A stretch of DNA of 64,000 nucleotides. Source: an uncultured Bacteroidales bacterium (GTDB lineage: Bacteria > Bacteroidota > Bacteroidia > Bacteroidales > UBA932). The notes under the pieces were generated by a model that worked only from the letters and a program-made list of their open reading frames with translations, was not told where the DNA came from and did no database searches. Every line of letters starts with the position of its first letter. Position 1 is the first letter of the stretch. This document shows, piece by piece, positions 9,280 to 19,829 of the stretch. Location: the NCBI GenBank assembly GCA_905233655.1, contig CAJOCS010000004.1:13544-77543 (forward strand), written 5' to 3'. The position numbers were made by a program, and so were the translations under genes.

Positions 9280-9345
9280 ATGCCACATAACCAACCATAT
9301 TACAGATAGCATCAATAGGAACACAATCAACTAATAACCAATAAA

Positions 9346-10908
9346 ATGAAAAGACTATTTACGACGCTACTGACGATGAGTCTCGCAGTGCTTCTTGTCT
9401 ATGGACAAGATGGTGAGAGAGTAAGGGTAGATCCGGATCATGCAAGTTACTTTATTAAAGGAGACGTTATTATTACCCCTTCTGGCCAAGGTTCTGTCGA
9501 TTATAGCTTGAGGAATATTGAAACAAGGGGCATCAGTTTTGATAATTTGGGCTCAATTCGAGGTTCAAATATGGACTACGCCGTTCGATTCCAGTTCTCC
9601 CATGCAGAAACAACGCATCCGGGAGGATTTACGGAAGGTCTGGACTTCTGGCGTTATGACGAAGATATACAGGAATGGCAGTATGACAGTGAAGTAACGC
9701 AGGGTGTTCCGGCTTTTGAAAGTACCAAAAACCTTGTAATGACAATTGTTATTGACTGTTCCACGTCCATTCAGGATAATTTCCGGGAGGTTAAAGAGAT
9801 GACTAAAGAGCTCCTTAGGAATATGCTGCAGCAGTCATCAGGTGGCAATATCCGTGTTGGTATTATTGGCTTTTCTGCAAGTCTTACTTCGATGAGCATT
9901 ATACCACTGACTTCATCCAATCTTAACAGGATGTATGACTTCATCGACAACAGGCTCGCCACAGCTAATGGAACAGCCATGTATCAGGCAATGGATGAAG
10001 CATACACCATGATGGATAACTATGTCAGGACTCCTTCAAATGGTATAAACTACGATAATTATGGAGGAGCCTGTATGATTACATTCACTGACGGTTTGGA
10101 CCAGGCTTCGCAGAATATTGACAAGGGTATTTACACTGCCGATGATTATTATCGTTATGTGAGAGAGAACGTGTTAAATGCCAGGATTATGGGAGGTGAG
10201 TATGATAAGGAATACGTGTTCCTTCGTGGAAGTGATATCATGACTGACCGCCAGGCACAGAAATACCAGGGTATTGCAAGCAGTTTCTCTTCAAGAGCCC
10301 ATGTGTCAAATGATTTTGCCACAGCTAAAAGAGAGTTCCAGAGTATTGCTCGTAATCTCACAACAAGATGGTCTCACCTACAATGCTTTATTCCTAAGGG
10401 AATTAGTGGAAAGGTTGCTTGGACTTTCAGTGAACCTAGGCGTTCAAGGCCGGCACCAGCCCCTGCTCCCGTTGTGGTTGCAACTAGGGAAGTGAGGCCC
10501 CTTTTAGGCTTGAAACTGGGCATAGGAACAGGCACCTCCTCCTATGATTACTATGATTACGTTTCTTCTTATACTGGCATTGCCATTAACATCGGCGCTG
10601 ATATAGCGTTCCCAATTGGCTCTGAGAAATTTTCCGTAGGTGGATATGCTAATTTGGGCTTTAATGGCGGGGCTGAAGGAGTGAGTTTCTGTGTTGGTCC
10701 ACTTGGTATGTACAATTTTGAGAATGGAAATGGTATTATGGCCGGTCTTGGATTAGGTGTGATTGATGGTGACGCTGGTTTTAATTTTAGGGCGGCATTC
10801 CATTTCAAGGGGCCTTGGTATGTTGGATTTGACAACTTGGTGGGCTATAGCTCACAAAGTTTAGTATTTGTAGGATTTGATTTTGGAAGAATCGGAAGAA
10901 GACGATAG
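9346..10908 (+). CDS. Exported vWA-domain protein with Pro-Ala linker and C-terminal OM beta-barrel-like domain
   Basis: Signal peptide; MIDAS DCSTS, NGTAMY and ITFTDG; PAPAPAP linker; C-terminal alternating Gly/aromatic beta-strands. Confidence 0.75.
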   Translation: MKRLFTTLLTMSLAVLLVYGQDGERVRVDPDHASYFIKGDVIITPSGQGSVDYSLRNIETRGISFDNLGSIRGSNMDYAVRFQFSHAETTHPGGFTEGLDFWRYDEDIQEWQYDSEVTQGVPAFESTKNLVMTIVIDCSTSIQDNFREVKEMTKELLRNMLQQSSGGNIRVGIIGFSASLTSMSIIPLTSSNLNRMYDFIDNRLATANGTAMYQAMDEAYTMMDNYVRTPSNGINYDNYGGACMITFTDGLDQASQNIDKGIYTADDYYRYVRENVLNARIMGGEYDKEYVFLRGSDIMTDRQAQKYQGIASSFSSRAHVSNDFATAKREFQSIARNLTTRWSHLQCFIPKGISGKVAWTFSEPRRSRPAPAPAPVVVATREVRPLLGLKLGIGTGTSSYDYYDYVSSYTGIAINIGADIAFPIGSEKFSVGGYANLGFNGGAEGVSFCVGPLGMYNFENGNGIMAGLGLGVIDGDAGFNFRAAFHFKGPWYVGFDNLVGYSSQSLVFVGFDFGRIGRRR

Positions 10909-10933
10909 GTTAATTGGTCTCCACTTTCCTTGT

Positions 10934-10964
10934 TTATCGCTTGGCGCGTACGAAAATGGACAGG
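10934..10964 (-). repeat. att-like direct repeat (current 3' end of methyltransferase gene)
   Basis: Second copy of the 31-bp repeat at 8686-8716. Confidence 0.85.
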
Positions 10965-11881
10965 GGCAGGGCTTTGCCGAAACTGTCGTTGAGGGCGAGC
11001 TCGCCGGATTCCATCCAGGAGAGCTTGCCGCGGAACGCCTCGCGTACCACGGTTTCACCGAGGGCTGCGCTGTAGCCGTTGGAATAGAGGTTCAGGACCA
11101 TGAAAGAGTCCCTCTCTCCGAGAATATCACCCACATTCTGAAGAAGGCCGAACAGAAGTTCGTCCAGTTTCCATTTTTCACCGTCGGGCCCGTGACCGTA
11201 GGCCGGAGGGTCGAGGATAATGCCGTCGTAGCGGTTGCCGCGGCGCGCTTCCCGTTTGGCAAATTTAAGTGCGTCTTCAACCACCCAGCGAATTCCGTCA
11301 AGTCCGCTGCGCTCCATGTTTTCGCGTGCCCAGGTAACAACCTGACGCACTGAATCGAGGTGGGTGACATCGGCCCCGGCGCACTTTGCGGCGAGCGAAG
11401 CGGCTCCTGTATAGGCGAAGAGATTCAGGACTTTTGGTGCCGCCAGACCGTTTGCCTTGTGAATGCGGGAAATGCGGGAGGTCTCGCGGTAAATGAACTC
11501 CCAGTTCGGAGCCTGTTCGGGGAATACTCCAACGTGCTTGAAAGAGGTCAGGCCCAGCCTCAGAGAGAGGTGAAGGTCGGAGGCGGCGTGGGTCTCGGCA
11601 TCCGGGGCACCGCTGTAGGAGATGCCCCACTGATCGTCGGCCTTTTTGGACTTTTCCCATGTTCCGCTGTCTTCCTTTCCGGCCTTGCCGAAACCGGCCC
11701 CGGGACGGAAGGTGACATGGGTGAGACGGACCCATTCCGCCTCGGGCATGGAAGGGTCCCATAGGGCCTTGGGTTCGGGCCTGCGGAGCACATATCTGCC
11801 GAAGCGTTCCAGTTTCTCTCCGTGACCGCTGTCCAGGAGCTCATAATCCTTCCAGTAGGATGCGGGAAATTCCAGTGCCAT
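10934..11881 (-). CDS. Class I SAM-dependent methyltransferase (RlmI/RlmK-like family)
   Basis: YELLDSG..EKLERFG, HVGVFPEQ, VLNLFAYTG, IILDPP motifs; ATG at 11881 chosen (downstream of the promoter). Confidence 0.85.
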   Translation of the reverse strand: MALEFPASYWKDYELLDSGHGEKLERFGRYVLRRPEPKALWDPSMPEAEWVRLTHVTFRPGAGFGKAGKEDSGTWEKSKKADDQWGISYSGAPDAETHAASDLHLSLRLGLTSFKHVGVFPEQAPNWEFIYRETSRISRIHKANGLAAPKVLNLFAYTGAASLAAKCAGADVTHLDSVRQVVTWARENMERSGLDGIRWVVEDALKFAKREARRGNRYDGIILDPPAYGHGPDGEKWKLDELLFGLLQNVGDILGERDSFMVLNLYSNGYSAALGETVVREAFRGKLSWMESGELALNDSFGKALPLSIFVRAKR

Positions 11882-11899
11882 ATCTTTTGCAATTTTCTG

Positions 11900-11941
11900 C
11901 AAAGTTAGTATTTATTCATTCAAAACAAATTGTTAACTTTG
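11900..11941. promoter_or_regulatory. Divergent promoter pair (TAACTTTG on - at 11900-11907 and on + at 11934-11941)
   Basis: Two back-to-back TAnnTTTG elements between methyltransferase and pgk. Confidence 0.7.
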
Positions 11942-11992
11942 TAAGTTAAACCGTTTCAACCGGACAGAAAGTAAATTAAAACAATACAGATT

Positions 11993-13246
11993 ATGCAACA
12001 GTTTATTGACAGCTACGACTTTAGCGGAAAAAAGGCCATTGTACGCGTTGATTTCAACGTTCCCCTGAATGAAAACTTCGAAATCACCGACGACACCCGC
12101 ATCCGCCGTGCCATGCCCACCCTCAAGAAGGTTCTGGAGAAGGGCGGATCCCTGATTATCATGTCCCATCTGGGACGTCCCAAGAAAGTGGATCCCAAGT
12201 TCTCCCTCAAGCACATCGTGGGCCGCGTGAGCGAATGCCTCGGCGTCCCGGTCCAGTTCGCCGACGACTGCCAGAAGGCCGACGCCCAGGCTACAGCCCT
12301 GAAGCCCGGAGAGGCACTCCTGCTTGAGAACCTCCGTTACTATGCCGAGGAAGAAGGCAAACCCCGCGGACTTGCCGAGGACGCCTCCGAAGAGGAGAAG
12401 AAGGCCGCAAAGGCCGCCGTCAAGGAAAGCCAGAAGGCTTTTGTCAAGAAACTCGCATCCTATGCCGACTGCTACATCAACGACGCCTTCGGCACCGCCC
12501 ACCGTGCACACGGCTCAACCGCCCTCATCGCCGAGTACTTCCCCAACGACAAGATGTTCGGCTACCTGATGGAAGGCGAAATCAAGGCTATCGACAACGT
12601 TCTCAAGAACGCCCAGCATCCTCTCACCGCCATCATCGGCGGCTCCAAGGTGAGCTCCAAGCTCGCCGTGCTGAAGAACCTCGTCGGCAAGGTGGACAAC
12701 CTCATCATCGGCGGTGGTATGGGCTACACCTTCATCAAGGCACAGGGCGGCCACATCGGCCAGTCCCTGCACGAGGACGAACTCATCCCCGACGCACTTG
12801 AAATCATGAAGGAGGCAAAGGAGCGCGGAGTGAACCTCAGCCTTTCCGTTGCAACCGTCTGCGGCCAGAGCTTCGACAACGACACTCCCCGTCAGATTTT
12901 CCCCATCGACCAGATTCCCGACGGGTGGGAGGGCATGGACGCATCCCCGGCATCGCTCGAGAACTGGCGCAAGATCATCATGGCTTCCAAGACCATTCTC
13001 TGGAACGGCCCCGTGGGCGTGTTTGAGCTGCCCAACTTCGCAAAGGGTACCCTCCAGATTGCTCAGGACCTTGCCGATGCAACCGCACAGGGCGCTTTCA
13101 CCCTCGTAGGCGGCGGCGACTCCGTTGCAGCAGTTACCCAGATGGGCTTCGCCGACAAGGTGAGCTATGTCTCCACCGGCGGTGGCGCAATGCTTGAGGC
13201 CATCGAAGGCAAGATTCTTCCCGGTATCGCAGCAATTCAGGACTAA
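11993..13246 (+). CDS. pgk: Phosphoglycerate kinase
   Basis: [44 protein letters not shown]. Confidence 0.98.
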   Translation: MQQFIDSYDFSGKKAIVRVDFNVPLNENFEITDDTRIRRAMPTLKKVLEKGGSLIIMSHLGRPKKVDPKFSLKHIVGRVSECLGVPVQFADDCQKADAQATALKPGEALLLENLRYYAEEEGKPRGLAEDASEEEKKAAKAAVKESQKAFVKKLASYADCYINDAFGTAHRAHGSTALIAEYFPNDKMFGYLMEGEIKAIDNVLKNAQHPLTAIIGGSKVSSKLAVLKNLVGKVDNLIIGGGMGYTFIKAQGGHIGQSLHEDELIPDALEIMKEAKERGVNLSLSVATVCGQSFDNDTPRQIFPIDQIPDGWEGMDASPASLENWRKIIMASKTILWNGPVGVFELPNFAKGTLQIAQDLADATAQGAFTLVGGGDSVAAVTQMGFADKVSYVSTGGGAMLEAIEGKILPGIAAIQD

Positions 13247-14131
13247 ATGAACCTGTTGTCGGTATATTGGAACCTAAGGCCGGAAATCTTCAGGATTGGC
13301 GGCTTTGAACTCAGGTGGTACTCGATCCTCTTCGTGAGCGGGTTCATCCTGGGCTGGTTCATCGTAAAGCGCTTCTTCCTCAGGGAGAAGATAGACGTGG
13401 CCCTTCTGGACCCCATGCTTTACATGCTCCTTATCTGCACCATAGTGGGCGCCCGGCTGGGGCATTGCATTTTCTACCAGCCGGACTACTACTTTGGCAG
13501 CTGGGCCGGGTTCTGGGAGATATTCCAGCCGTGGAAGGGCGGTCTCGCCAGCCATGGCGGAACGATAGCGATACTCCTGGGTATATGGTGGTACTCCAAC
13601 AAGTACGGCCGTAAGTACGACTTCGACTACGTGTGGGTGCTTGACCATCTGGTGATCCCGGTTGCCTTCGCCGCTTGTTTCATACGTCTTGGAAACCTCT
13701 GCAATTCGGAGATTTACGGCGGTCCCACCGAGCTCCCCTGGGGCTTCATATTCGCCCGTAACGGAGAAACTGTGCCGTGCCATCCCACCCAGCTGTATGA
13801 AGGCCTTACGTATCTGCTGCTCGGGTTCGTCCTGCTGTGGCTCTACAATCACAGGCTGGAAAAAATGTATCGCGGAAGCTTCGTGGGCATCTTCCTCATC
13901 GTCTGTTTCGGCAGCCGTTTCCTGATTGAATTCGTGAAGAACCCCCAGGTGGCGTTCGAACAGGATATGGTCCTGAACATGGGCCAGCTTCTGAGCATTC
14001 CGTTCGTGCTGCTGGGAATCGGCTTCCTTGTATATGCCTACATCCGCAGGCAGCCGGCCATGGCCGTTCACCCGGAAAAGGCTCCGAAGAAGAAAGAGGA
14101 AACCCATTACGCCCGCCCTGTAAACCATTAG
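13247..14131 (+). CDS. lgt: Prolipoprotein diacylglyceryl transferase
   Basis: GARLGHC, GGLASHGG, RLGN..NSEIYG, HPTQLYE, RFLIEFVK. Confidence 0.95.
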   Translation: MNLLSVYWNLRPEIFRIGGFELRWYSILFVSGFILGWFIVKRFFLREKIDVALLDPMLYMLLICTIVGARLGHCIFYQPDYYFGSWAGFWEIFQPWKGGLASHGGTIAILLGIWWYSNKYGRKYDFDYVWVLDHLVIPVAFAACFIRLGNLCNSEIYGGPTELPWGFIFARNGETVPCHPTQLYEGLTYLLLGFVLLWLYNHRLEKMYRGSFVGIFLIVCFGSRFLIEFVKNPQVAFEQDMVLNMGQLLSIPFVLLGIGFLVYAYIRRQPAMAVHPEKAPKKKEETHYARPVNH

Positions 14132-14132
14132 A

Positions 14133-15677
14133 ATGAAAACGAACAGACTTCTCTTTGTGCTGATGCTGTTCATCCCGGTGGCGGCATCGGCACAATATCA
14201 GGGAGATGCGCGTCCGGCGACGGACTCCAGCGTAGTGATTACGCTCGACGACGCTCTCCGCATAGCCCTCTCCGGCAACGTCTCGGTCCAGGTGGCCGAT
14301 ATGGAAATCCAGAGGGCCGATTATGCCCGTAAAGGTTCTTACGGAGCCCTTTTCCCGCAGGTGAGCGCCTCCGGGATGTACAGCTTCGCCCTCCAGAAGC
14401 AGAAGGTTTATTTCGGCTCCGACAAATCCGAAGGCAGCAGTCAATCCAGCGGAATGTCCGGCATGATGTCTTCCATAATGGACCCCATCATGTATTATAT
14501 CAACCAGCTGGTAGCCCAGCACCCCGGGCAGATTACCCCTTATACGGCTCCGTCAACGGACGACAGTTCCTCTTCGGAACCCATGGAGATGGGCCGTTCC
14601 AATTCGGTTACCCTGGGAATCAGCGCTTCCATGCCGCTGGTGAATTTCCAGCTGTGGGAGAGCCTCGGCCTTTCCGGCGACCAGGTGGAACTGGCAGTGG
14701 AGCAGGCCCGTGAGTCAAGGCTCGGAATGGTCACCCAGGTGAAGCAGGCCTACTATGCCGTCCTCATGGCAAAGGCCTCCTACGATGTCTACAACGCCGT
14801 TTTTGAAAACGCCGTCGAGAACTTCCGCCTTGTGGAGATGCGCTACAATGTGGCTAAGGCTTCGGAACTGGATCTCACCAGGGCCCAGTCCAACCTGGCC
14901 GCCGCCATTCCCAATCTGTACAATGCCGAGAACGCGATAAGCCTTGCCCTCTGGCAGCTCAAGGCCATAATGGGCGTGGATTTGGATATGGACATCGACG
15001 TGGCAGGCACACTCGAGGACTATGCAGAACACATGTTCTACGACATAAACGAAGGAGAATCGGCCTCGCTTGACGGCAACGCCCAGATGCGCGAACTCGC
15101 CCTGCAGGCGGAGATGATTTCCCGTCAGATACGTATGCAGCAGTACGCCTTCCTCCCTTCGATGGCGCTCACGTTTTCATACTCCTACCTTACCCAGAGC
15201 GATACCTTCAACCTGAGCCAGTGGAAGTGGTTCCCTTCGTCCACCATCAGCGTATCCCTGTCCATCCCCATCTTCTCCGGAGGCCAGCGCTACAATGCTG
15301 TCCGGCAGACGCGGATTCAGGCCGATGAACTCGAACTCCAGAGGCAGAATGCCGAAAGGCAGCTGAGAATCGGCATCCGCCAGAGCCTTTCCACCATGGA
15401 TACCGCCATGAAGACTTACGACGCCGCAAAGGAAGCCCTGAATACGGCCGAGAAGGCCTGGGATATTGCCACAAGGAGTTTCCAGGTGGGAAAGAGCACT
15501 CTTACAGACCTTAACAACACCGAGCTGGTGCTCACGCAGACCCGTCTGCAGACGCTCCAGGCTGTCTACAGCTTTGTGGTGGCCAGGGCCGCCCTCGAGC
15601 AGACTCTGGGCTACGATTTCCTCGACGGCGAAGGCAACGTAAACCTGGAAGGCTCTTACGGAAACCAGCAAAATTAG
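14133..15677 (+). CDS. TolC-family outer membrane efflux protein
   Basis: Signal peptide, ITLDDALRIAL, two OEP helical repeats; first gene of efflux operon. Confidence 0.88.
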   Translation: MKTNRLLFVLMLFIPVAASAQYQGDARPATDSSVVITLDDALRIALSGNVSVQVADMEIQRADYARKGSYGALFPQVSASGMYSFALQKQKVYFGSDKSEGSSQSSGMSGMMSSIMDPIMYYINQLVAQHPGQITPYTAPSTDDSSSSEPMEMGRSNSVTLGISASMPLVNFQLWESLGLSGDQVELAVEQARESRLGMVTQVKQAYYAVLMAKASYDVYNAVFENAVENFRLVEMRYNVAKASELDLTRAQSNLAAAIPNLYNAENAISLALWQLKAIMGVDLDMDIDVAGTLEDYAEHMFYDINEGESASLDGNAQMRELALQAEMISRQIRMQQYAFLPSMALTFSYSYLTQSDTFNLSQWKWFPSSTISVSLSIPIFSGGQRYNAVRQTRIQADELELQRQNAERQLRIGIRQSLSTMDTAMKTYDAAKEALNTAEKAWDIATRSFQVGKSTLTDLNNTELVLTQTRLQTLQAVYSFVVARAALEQTLGYDFLDGEGNVNLEGSYGNQQN

Positions 15678-15687
15678 AAAAACAGAT

Positions 15688-16728
15688 ATGAGCAGAAATA
15701 CAGTCATAATTGTTCTGGCCGCCCTTGTTGCCGCCGCTTGCGGTTCCGGCAATTCCGGTTCGGACAATACCGCCACCTCCGCTTCGCCCGAGGCCGCAGT
15801 CCCCAATGTGGAAGTCGCTGTGGTAGAAGCAATGGACGTGCCGCAGGAGAGTATCTATTCATCTACCGTGCAGGCCAACGCCACCAATAACATCATGCCC
15901 CAGCAGGGCGGGCGCATCCGCAGGATCAACGTCGAGGTGGGCGATTATGTCTCACGCGGCCAGGTGCTTGCCGAGATGGACCGTCTCCAGCTCGACCAGC
16001 TGGCCCTGCAGATCCGCAACGACGAGGTCGAATACGAGAGGCTCAAATCGCTGTACGAGCAGGGCGGAGTCTCGGCCTCCGACTTCGAGGCCGCCGAACT
16101 GGCCTACCAGGTGCGTAAGTCCAACTACCAGAACCTCGAAGAAAACACCATTCTGAAGAGCCCCATAAGCGGTTACGTCACAGCCCGCAACTTCGACGCA
16201 GGCGACATGTTCTCCCTGACCGCGCCCATTTTCACCGTGCAGCAGGTGGTGCCCGTAAAGCTTCTCGTGGGCATTTCCGAAAGCGAATTCACCAGGGTAA
16301 AGAGGGGAGACTCGGTTACCCTTACCGTGGACGCCATTCCCGGAAGGGCCTTCACCGGCCGCATCGAACGCCTTTATCCCACCATCGACGCCACAACGCA
16401 CACCTTCAAGGCCGAGGTAGTGGTATCCAACACGGACAGGGCCCTCCGTCCCGGCATGTATGCCAGGGTGAGCGTTAACTTCGGCACCCGCCATTCCATG
16501 GTGGTCCCGGACAGGGCCGTGGTGAAGCAGGACGGCACCGGACAGCGTTTCGTATATCTGCTCGGAGACGACAATGTGGTTTCTCTCGTGTCCGTTGGCA
16601 CGGGACGCCATATCGGCGCTCAGTATGAGATCACTTCCGGCCTTGAGGAAGGCCAGACCGTGGTTGTGAAGGGCCAGGCCGCCCTCCGCGATGGTGTAAC
16701 CGTCAATGTGCTTGAGCCGGCCCTATGA
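15688..16728 (+). CDS. RND efflux periplasmic adaptor (MFP) lipoprotein
   Basis: Lipobox AAAC; VEVGDYVSRGQVLA, LKSPISG, LRPGMYARV. Confidence 0.9.
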   Translation: MSRNTVIIVLAALVAAACGSGNSGSDNTATSASPEAAVPNVEVAVVEAMDVPQESIYSSTVQANATNNIMPQQGGRIRRINVEVGDYVSRGQVLAEMDRLQLDQLALQIRNDEVEYERLKSLYEQGGVSASDFEAAELAYQVRKSNYQNLEENTILKSPISGYVTARNFDAGDMFSLTAPIFTVQQVVPVKLLVGISESEFTRVKRGDSVTLTVDAIPGRAFTGRIERLYPTIDATTHTFKAEVVVSNTDRALRPGMYARVSVNFGTRHSMVVPDRAVVKQDGTGQRFVYLLGDDNVVSLVSVGTGRHIGAQYEITSGLEEGQTVVVKGQAALRDGVTVNVLEPAL

Positions 16729-19700
16729 GTATCTACAGAACATCAGTGAACCATCCCGTAACCACGGGACTCGTCTTCCTGGCGCTGGCCATCCTGGGTG
16801 TGTTCGCGCTTACGCGCCTCCCGGTGGACAACCTTCCGGATGTGGAGTCCAACGTGATTATGGTCATGAGTTCGTATCCGGGAGCATCGGCCGAGGATGT
16901 CGAGAACAACCTCACCAAGGTGCTGGAGAATTCCCTGAACGGTGTTTCCAACCTTAAGAACATCACGTCCAATTCGCGTGAGAACATTGCCGTTCTCACC
17001 CTGGAATTCGAATACGGAACCGACATCGACGAGGCTACGAACGATGTGCGTGACAAACTGGACATGATAAGCCAGACGCTTCCGGACGGAGCCTCGCTGC
17101 CTTTCCTGTTCAAATTCAGCGTGGACGACATGCCCATCATGATTCTGGCGGCGACAGCCAACCAGAGCGTGAGTGCGCTGGACAAGATCCTGGACGACAG
17201 GGTGGCCACCCCGCTGGCCCGCGTTTCCGGCGTGGGTACCGTTTCGGTGGCCGGCGCGCCCAAGCGTGAAATTCAGGTTTACTGCGACCCCACCAAGCTC
17301 GAGGCCTATAATCTTTCGGTAGGCACCATTTCCCAGATAATCGCGGCCGAGAACCGCAACGTGCCTTCCGGAAGCATCGACATCGGCTCCGACACCTATA
17401 CCCTCCGCATCAAGAAGGAATTCCAGGACCCGTCGGAACTTCTGGACGTGGTGGTGGGCTCGTTCGGTGGAGGCGCAGTTTATCTTCGTGACGTCGCAAG
17501 AATCGAGGATACGCTGGAGGAGAAGTCCCAGGAATCCTACACCAACGGAGTCCGCGGCGCCCAGATAATCATTCAGAAGCAGTCCGGTTACAACACGGTG
17601 GAGGTTATCCGCAAGGTAAAGAAAGAGCTTCAGCGCCTTCAGCACAACCTCCCTTCCGACATTCAGATTACCCAGGTCGTCGACAATTCGGACAATATTC
17701 TCCGAACCATAAACTCGCTGAAGGAGACCATCGCCATCACTTTCATAGTGGTCATGCTGGTGGTGTTCCTGTTCCTCGGGCGTTGGAGAGGCACCCTCAT
17801 AGTGGTGCTCAGTATCCCCATCGCCCTGCTGGCGTCCCTGATGTACCTTTTTGCAACCGGAAATACGCTGAACATCATTTCGATGTCGGCCCTTTCCATC
17901 GCAATCGGTATGGTAGTGGACGATGCAATTGTAGTGCTCGAGAATGTGTCGTCGCATCTTGACAGGGGAGAGAAACCGGTGGAGGCCGCGGTGCACGGAA
18001 CCGCCGAAGTGGGTATTTCCGTCATCGCGTCTACCCTGACAATGCTCTGCGTGTTCCTCCCGCTCACCATGATTTCGGGTATGGCCGGCATCATGTTCCG
18101 TCAGCTCGGATGGATTGTCTCAATCATCATGATTGTGTCCACAACCGCCGCCCTGACCCTGGTTCCCATGCTGTGCTCGCTGCTACTGAGCAACAAGCCC
18201 AAGACCGGAAAGCTCTACAAGATTGTCTTCACTCCCGTGAACAAGGCCCTCGACGGGATATCGGCCGGATATGCAAGGATGATAGCCTGGTGCATGAATC
18301 ACAAGAAACTCATTATGATTCTTGCGGTGGTAATTTTTGCCGGTGTCCTCGCAGTTTATGTCCCGGGCATGAAGACGGAATATTTCCCCAATGCCGACCA
18401 GGGGCGTCTTTCGGCCTCGATTGAGCTGCCCATCGGTACGGCCCAGGACGTTACCCGTGAAGTGGCCGCCAGGATTTACGAAAAAATCCGTGAGGATGTT
18501 CCGGAAATCAAGGTCATGAGCTACCGCTTCGGCCAGGCCGATTCCGACAACGCTTTCGCCTCCATGCAGCAGAACGGAACGTATCTGATTTCCATGAACA
18601 TAAACGTAGGCTCCATGGAGAACCGTGACCGTTCCGTCGCCGAGATTGCCGACGTCGTGCGCGCCGACCTCCGCCTCTTCCCTGAAATCAACCGTTTCAA
18701 CGTGAACGAGGGTGGCGGCATGGGCGGTGCGGCTTCGGTCCAGCTGGAAATATACGGCTATGATTTCGAGACCACCGAAATCGCCGCAAGGCAGATCCGT
18801 GAGGCGATGATGGCCGATCCCAATTTCACCCAGGCCATTCTCTCCCGCGACCAGTACACGCCCGAGTACGAGATAGACTTCGACCGTGAAAAACTGGCCC
18901 TGAACGGGCTCTCGTCCGTCACCGCGGCGAGTGCCGTGTCGGCCGCTATGTCCGGTGCCGTGGGCTCCTATTACCGCGAATCCGGCGAGGAATACAACAT
19001 CCGCGTCCGTTACGCACCGGAGTTCCGCACCAGTATCGAGGATATCGAGAATATAGTGATTTACAACAATCAGGGGCGTGGAATCAAGGTCCGTGACCTC
19101 GGCCGCATCGTGGAATCCAAGGTGCCTCCAACCATTCAGCGCAAGAACCGTGACCGCTACATCCGCGTGACAGGCATTGTGGCCCGCGGCCATACCCTCA
19201 GCCAGGCCGTGGAAGCCACCAACGCAATCATGGCCGCCAACCCTCTGCCGCAGGAACTCAGCTGGCAGATAGGCGGTGACTATGAAGACCAGCAGGATAT
19301 GTTTGCAGACATGATTCTGCTGCTTATCCTGATTGTGATTCTGGTTTACATGGTCATGGCCTCCCAGTTCGAGTCGTTCATGGGGCCCTTCGTAATCATG
19401 TTCTCCATCCCCTTCGCCCTTGTGGGCGTTGCGCTCGGCAACATGGCCGGAGGCCTCGCCATCGGCGTAATGAGCCTTATCGGCATTATTATCCTCATGG
19501 GTATCGTGGTGAAGAACGGTATCGTGCTCATCGACTACACCATTCTCTGCCAGGAGAGGGGAATGAGCGTGAGGGAGTCGTCGGTAACGGCTGCCAAGAG
19601 CCGTCTGAGGCCCATCCTCATGACAACCCTCACCACGGTCCTCGGTATGCTGCCAATGGCTCTCGGGCGCGGCGAGGGTTCGGAAATGTGGCGTGGCCTG

Positions 19701-19829
19701 GGTACCACCGTGGCCTGGGGTCTTTCAATCTCGACTCTCATCACTCTTGTCATTATCCCCGTGCTTTACTGCGGCCTCACCGAACACCGGGAACGCCGCC
19801 GCGAACGCCGTAAACAGAAAGCAGCATGA
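16725..19829 (+). CDS. RND efflux permease (AcrB/AcrD/AcrF family)
   Basis: GMVVDDAIVVLEN, VVKNGIVLID, SRLRPILMT; 1034 aa. Confidence 0.95.
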   Translation: MSIYRTSVNHPVTTGLVFLALAILGVFALTRLPVDNLPDVESNVIMVMSSYPGASAEDVENNLTKVLENSLNGVSNLKNITSNSRENIAVLTLEFEYGTDIDEATNDVRDKLDMISQTLPDGASLPFLFKFSVDDMPIMILAATANQSVSALDKILDDRVATPLARVSGVGTVSVAGAPKREIQVYCDPTKLEAYNLSVGTISQIIAAENRNVPSGSIDIGSDTYTLRIKKEFQDPSELLDVVVGSFGGGAVYLRDVARIEDTLEEKSQESYTNGVRGAQIIIQKQSGYNTVEVIRKVKKELQRLQHNLPSDIQITQVVDNSDNILRTINSLKETIAITFIVVMLVVFLFLGRWRGTLIVVLSIPIALLASLMYLFATGNTLNIISMSALSIAIGMVVDDAIVVLENVSSHLDRGEKPVEAAVHGTAEVGISVIASTLTMLCVFLPLTMISGMAGIMFRQLGWIVSIIMIVSTTAALTLVPMLCSLLLSNKPKTGKLYKIVFTPVNKALDGISAGYARMIAWCMNHKKLIMILAVVIFAGVLAVYVPGMKTEYFPNADQGRLSASIELPIGTAQDVTREVAARIYEKIREDVPEIKVMSYRFGQADSDNAFASMQQNGTYLISMNINVGSMENRDRSVAEIADVVRADLRLFPEINRFNVNEGGGMGGAASVQLEIYGYDFETTEIAARQIREAMMADPNFTQAILSRDQYTPEYEIDFDREKLALNGLSSVTAASAVSAAMSGAVGSYYRESGEEYNIRVRYAPEFRTSIEDIENIVIYNNQGRGIKVRDLGRIVESKVPPTIQRKNRDRYIRVTGIVARGHTLSQAVEATNAIMAANPLPQELSWQIGGDYEDQQDMFADMILLLILIVILVYMVMASQFESFMGPFVIMFSIPFALVGVALGNMAGGLAIGVMSLIGIIILMGIVVKNGIVLIDYTILCQERGMSVRESSVTAAKSRLRPILMTTLTTVLGMLPMALGRGEGSEMWRGLGTTVAWGLSISTLITLVIIPVLYCGLTEHRERRRERRKQKAA

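Larger units (their letters stand above)
8686..10964. mobile_element. Small integrase-less genomic islet inserted in the 3' end of a SAM-methyltransferase gene
   Basis: Flanking 31-bp direct repeats; visibly AT-richer composition and A/T-ending codons from ~8945 to 10933; no recombinase ORF inside. Confidence 0.7.

Noticed and set aside
9058-9309. 83-aa ORF and tiny uORFs (e.g. MLALAVL*, MAM*) in the islet leader
   Set aside because: The long ORF starts inside the promoter element and has no protein-like features; no amino-acid-rich leader peptide. The RNA-structure explanation fits better.
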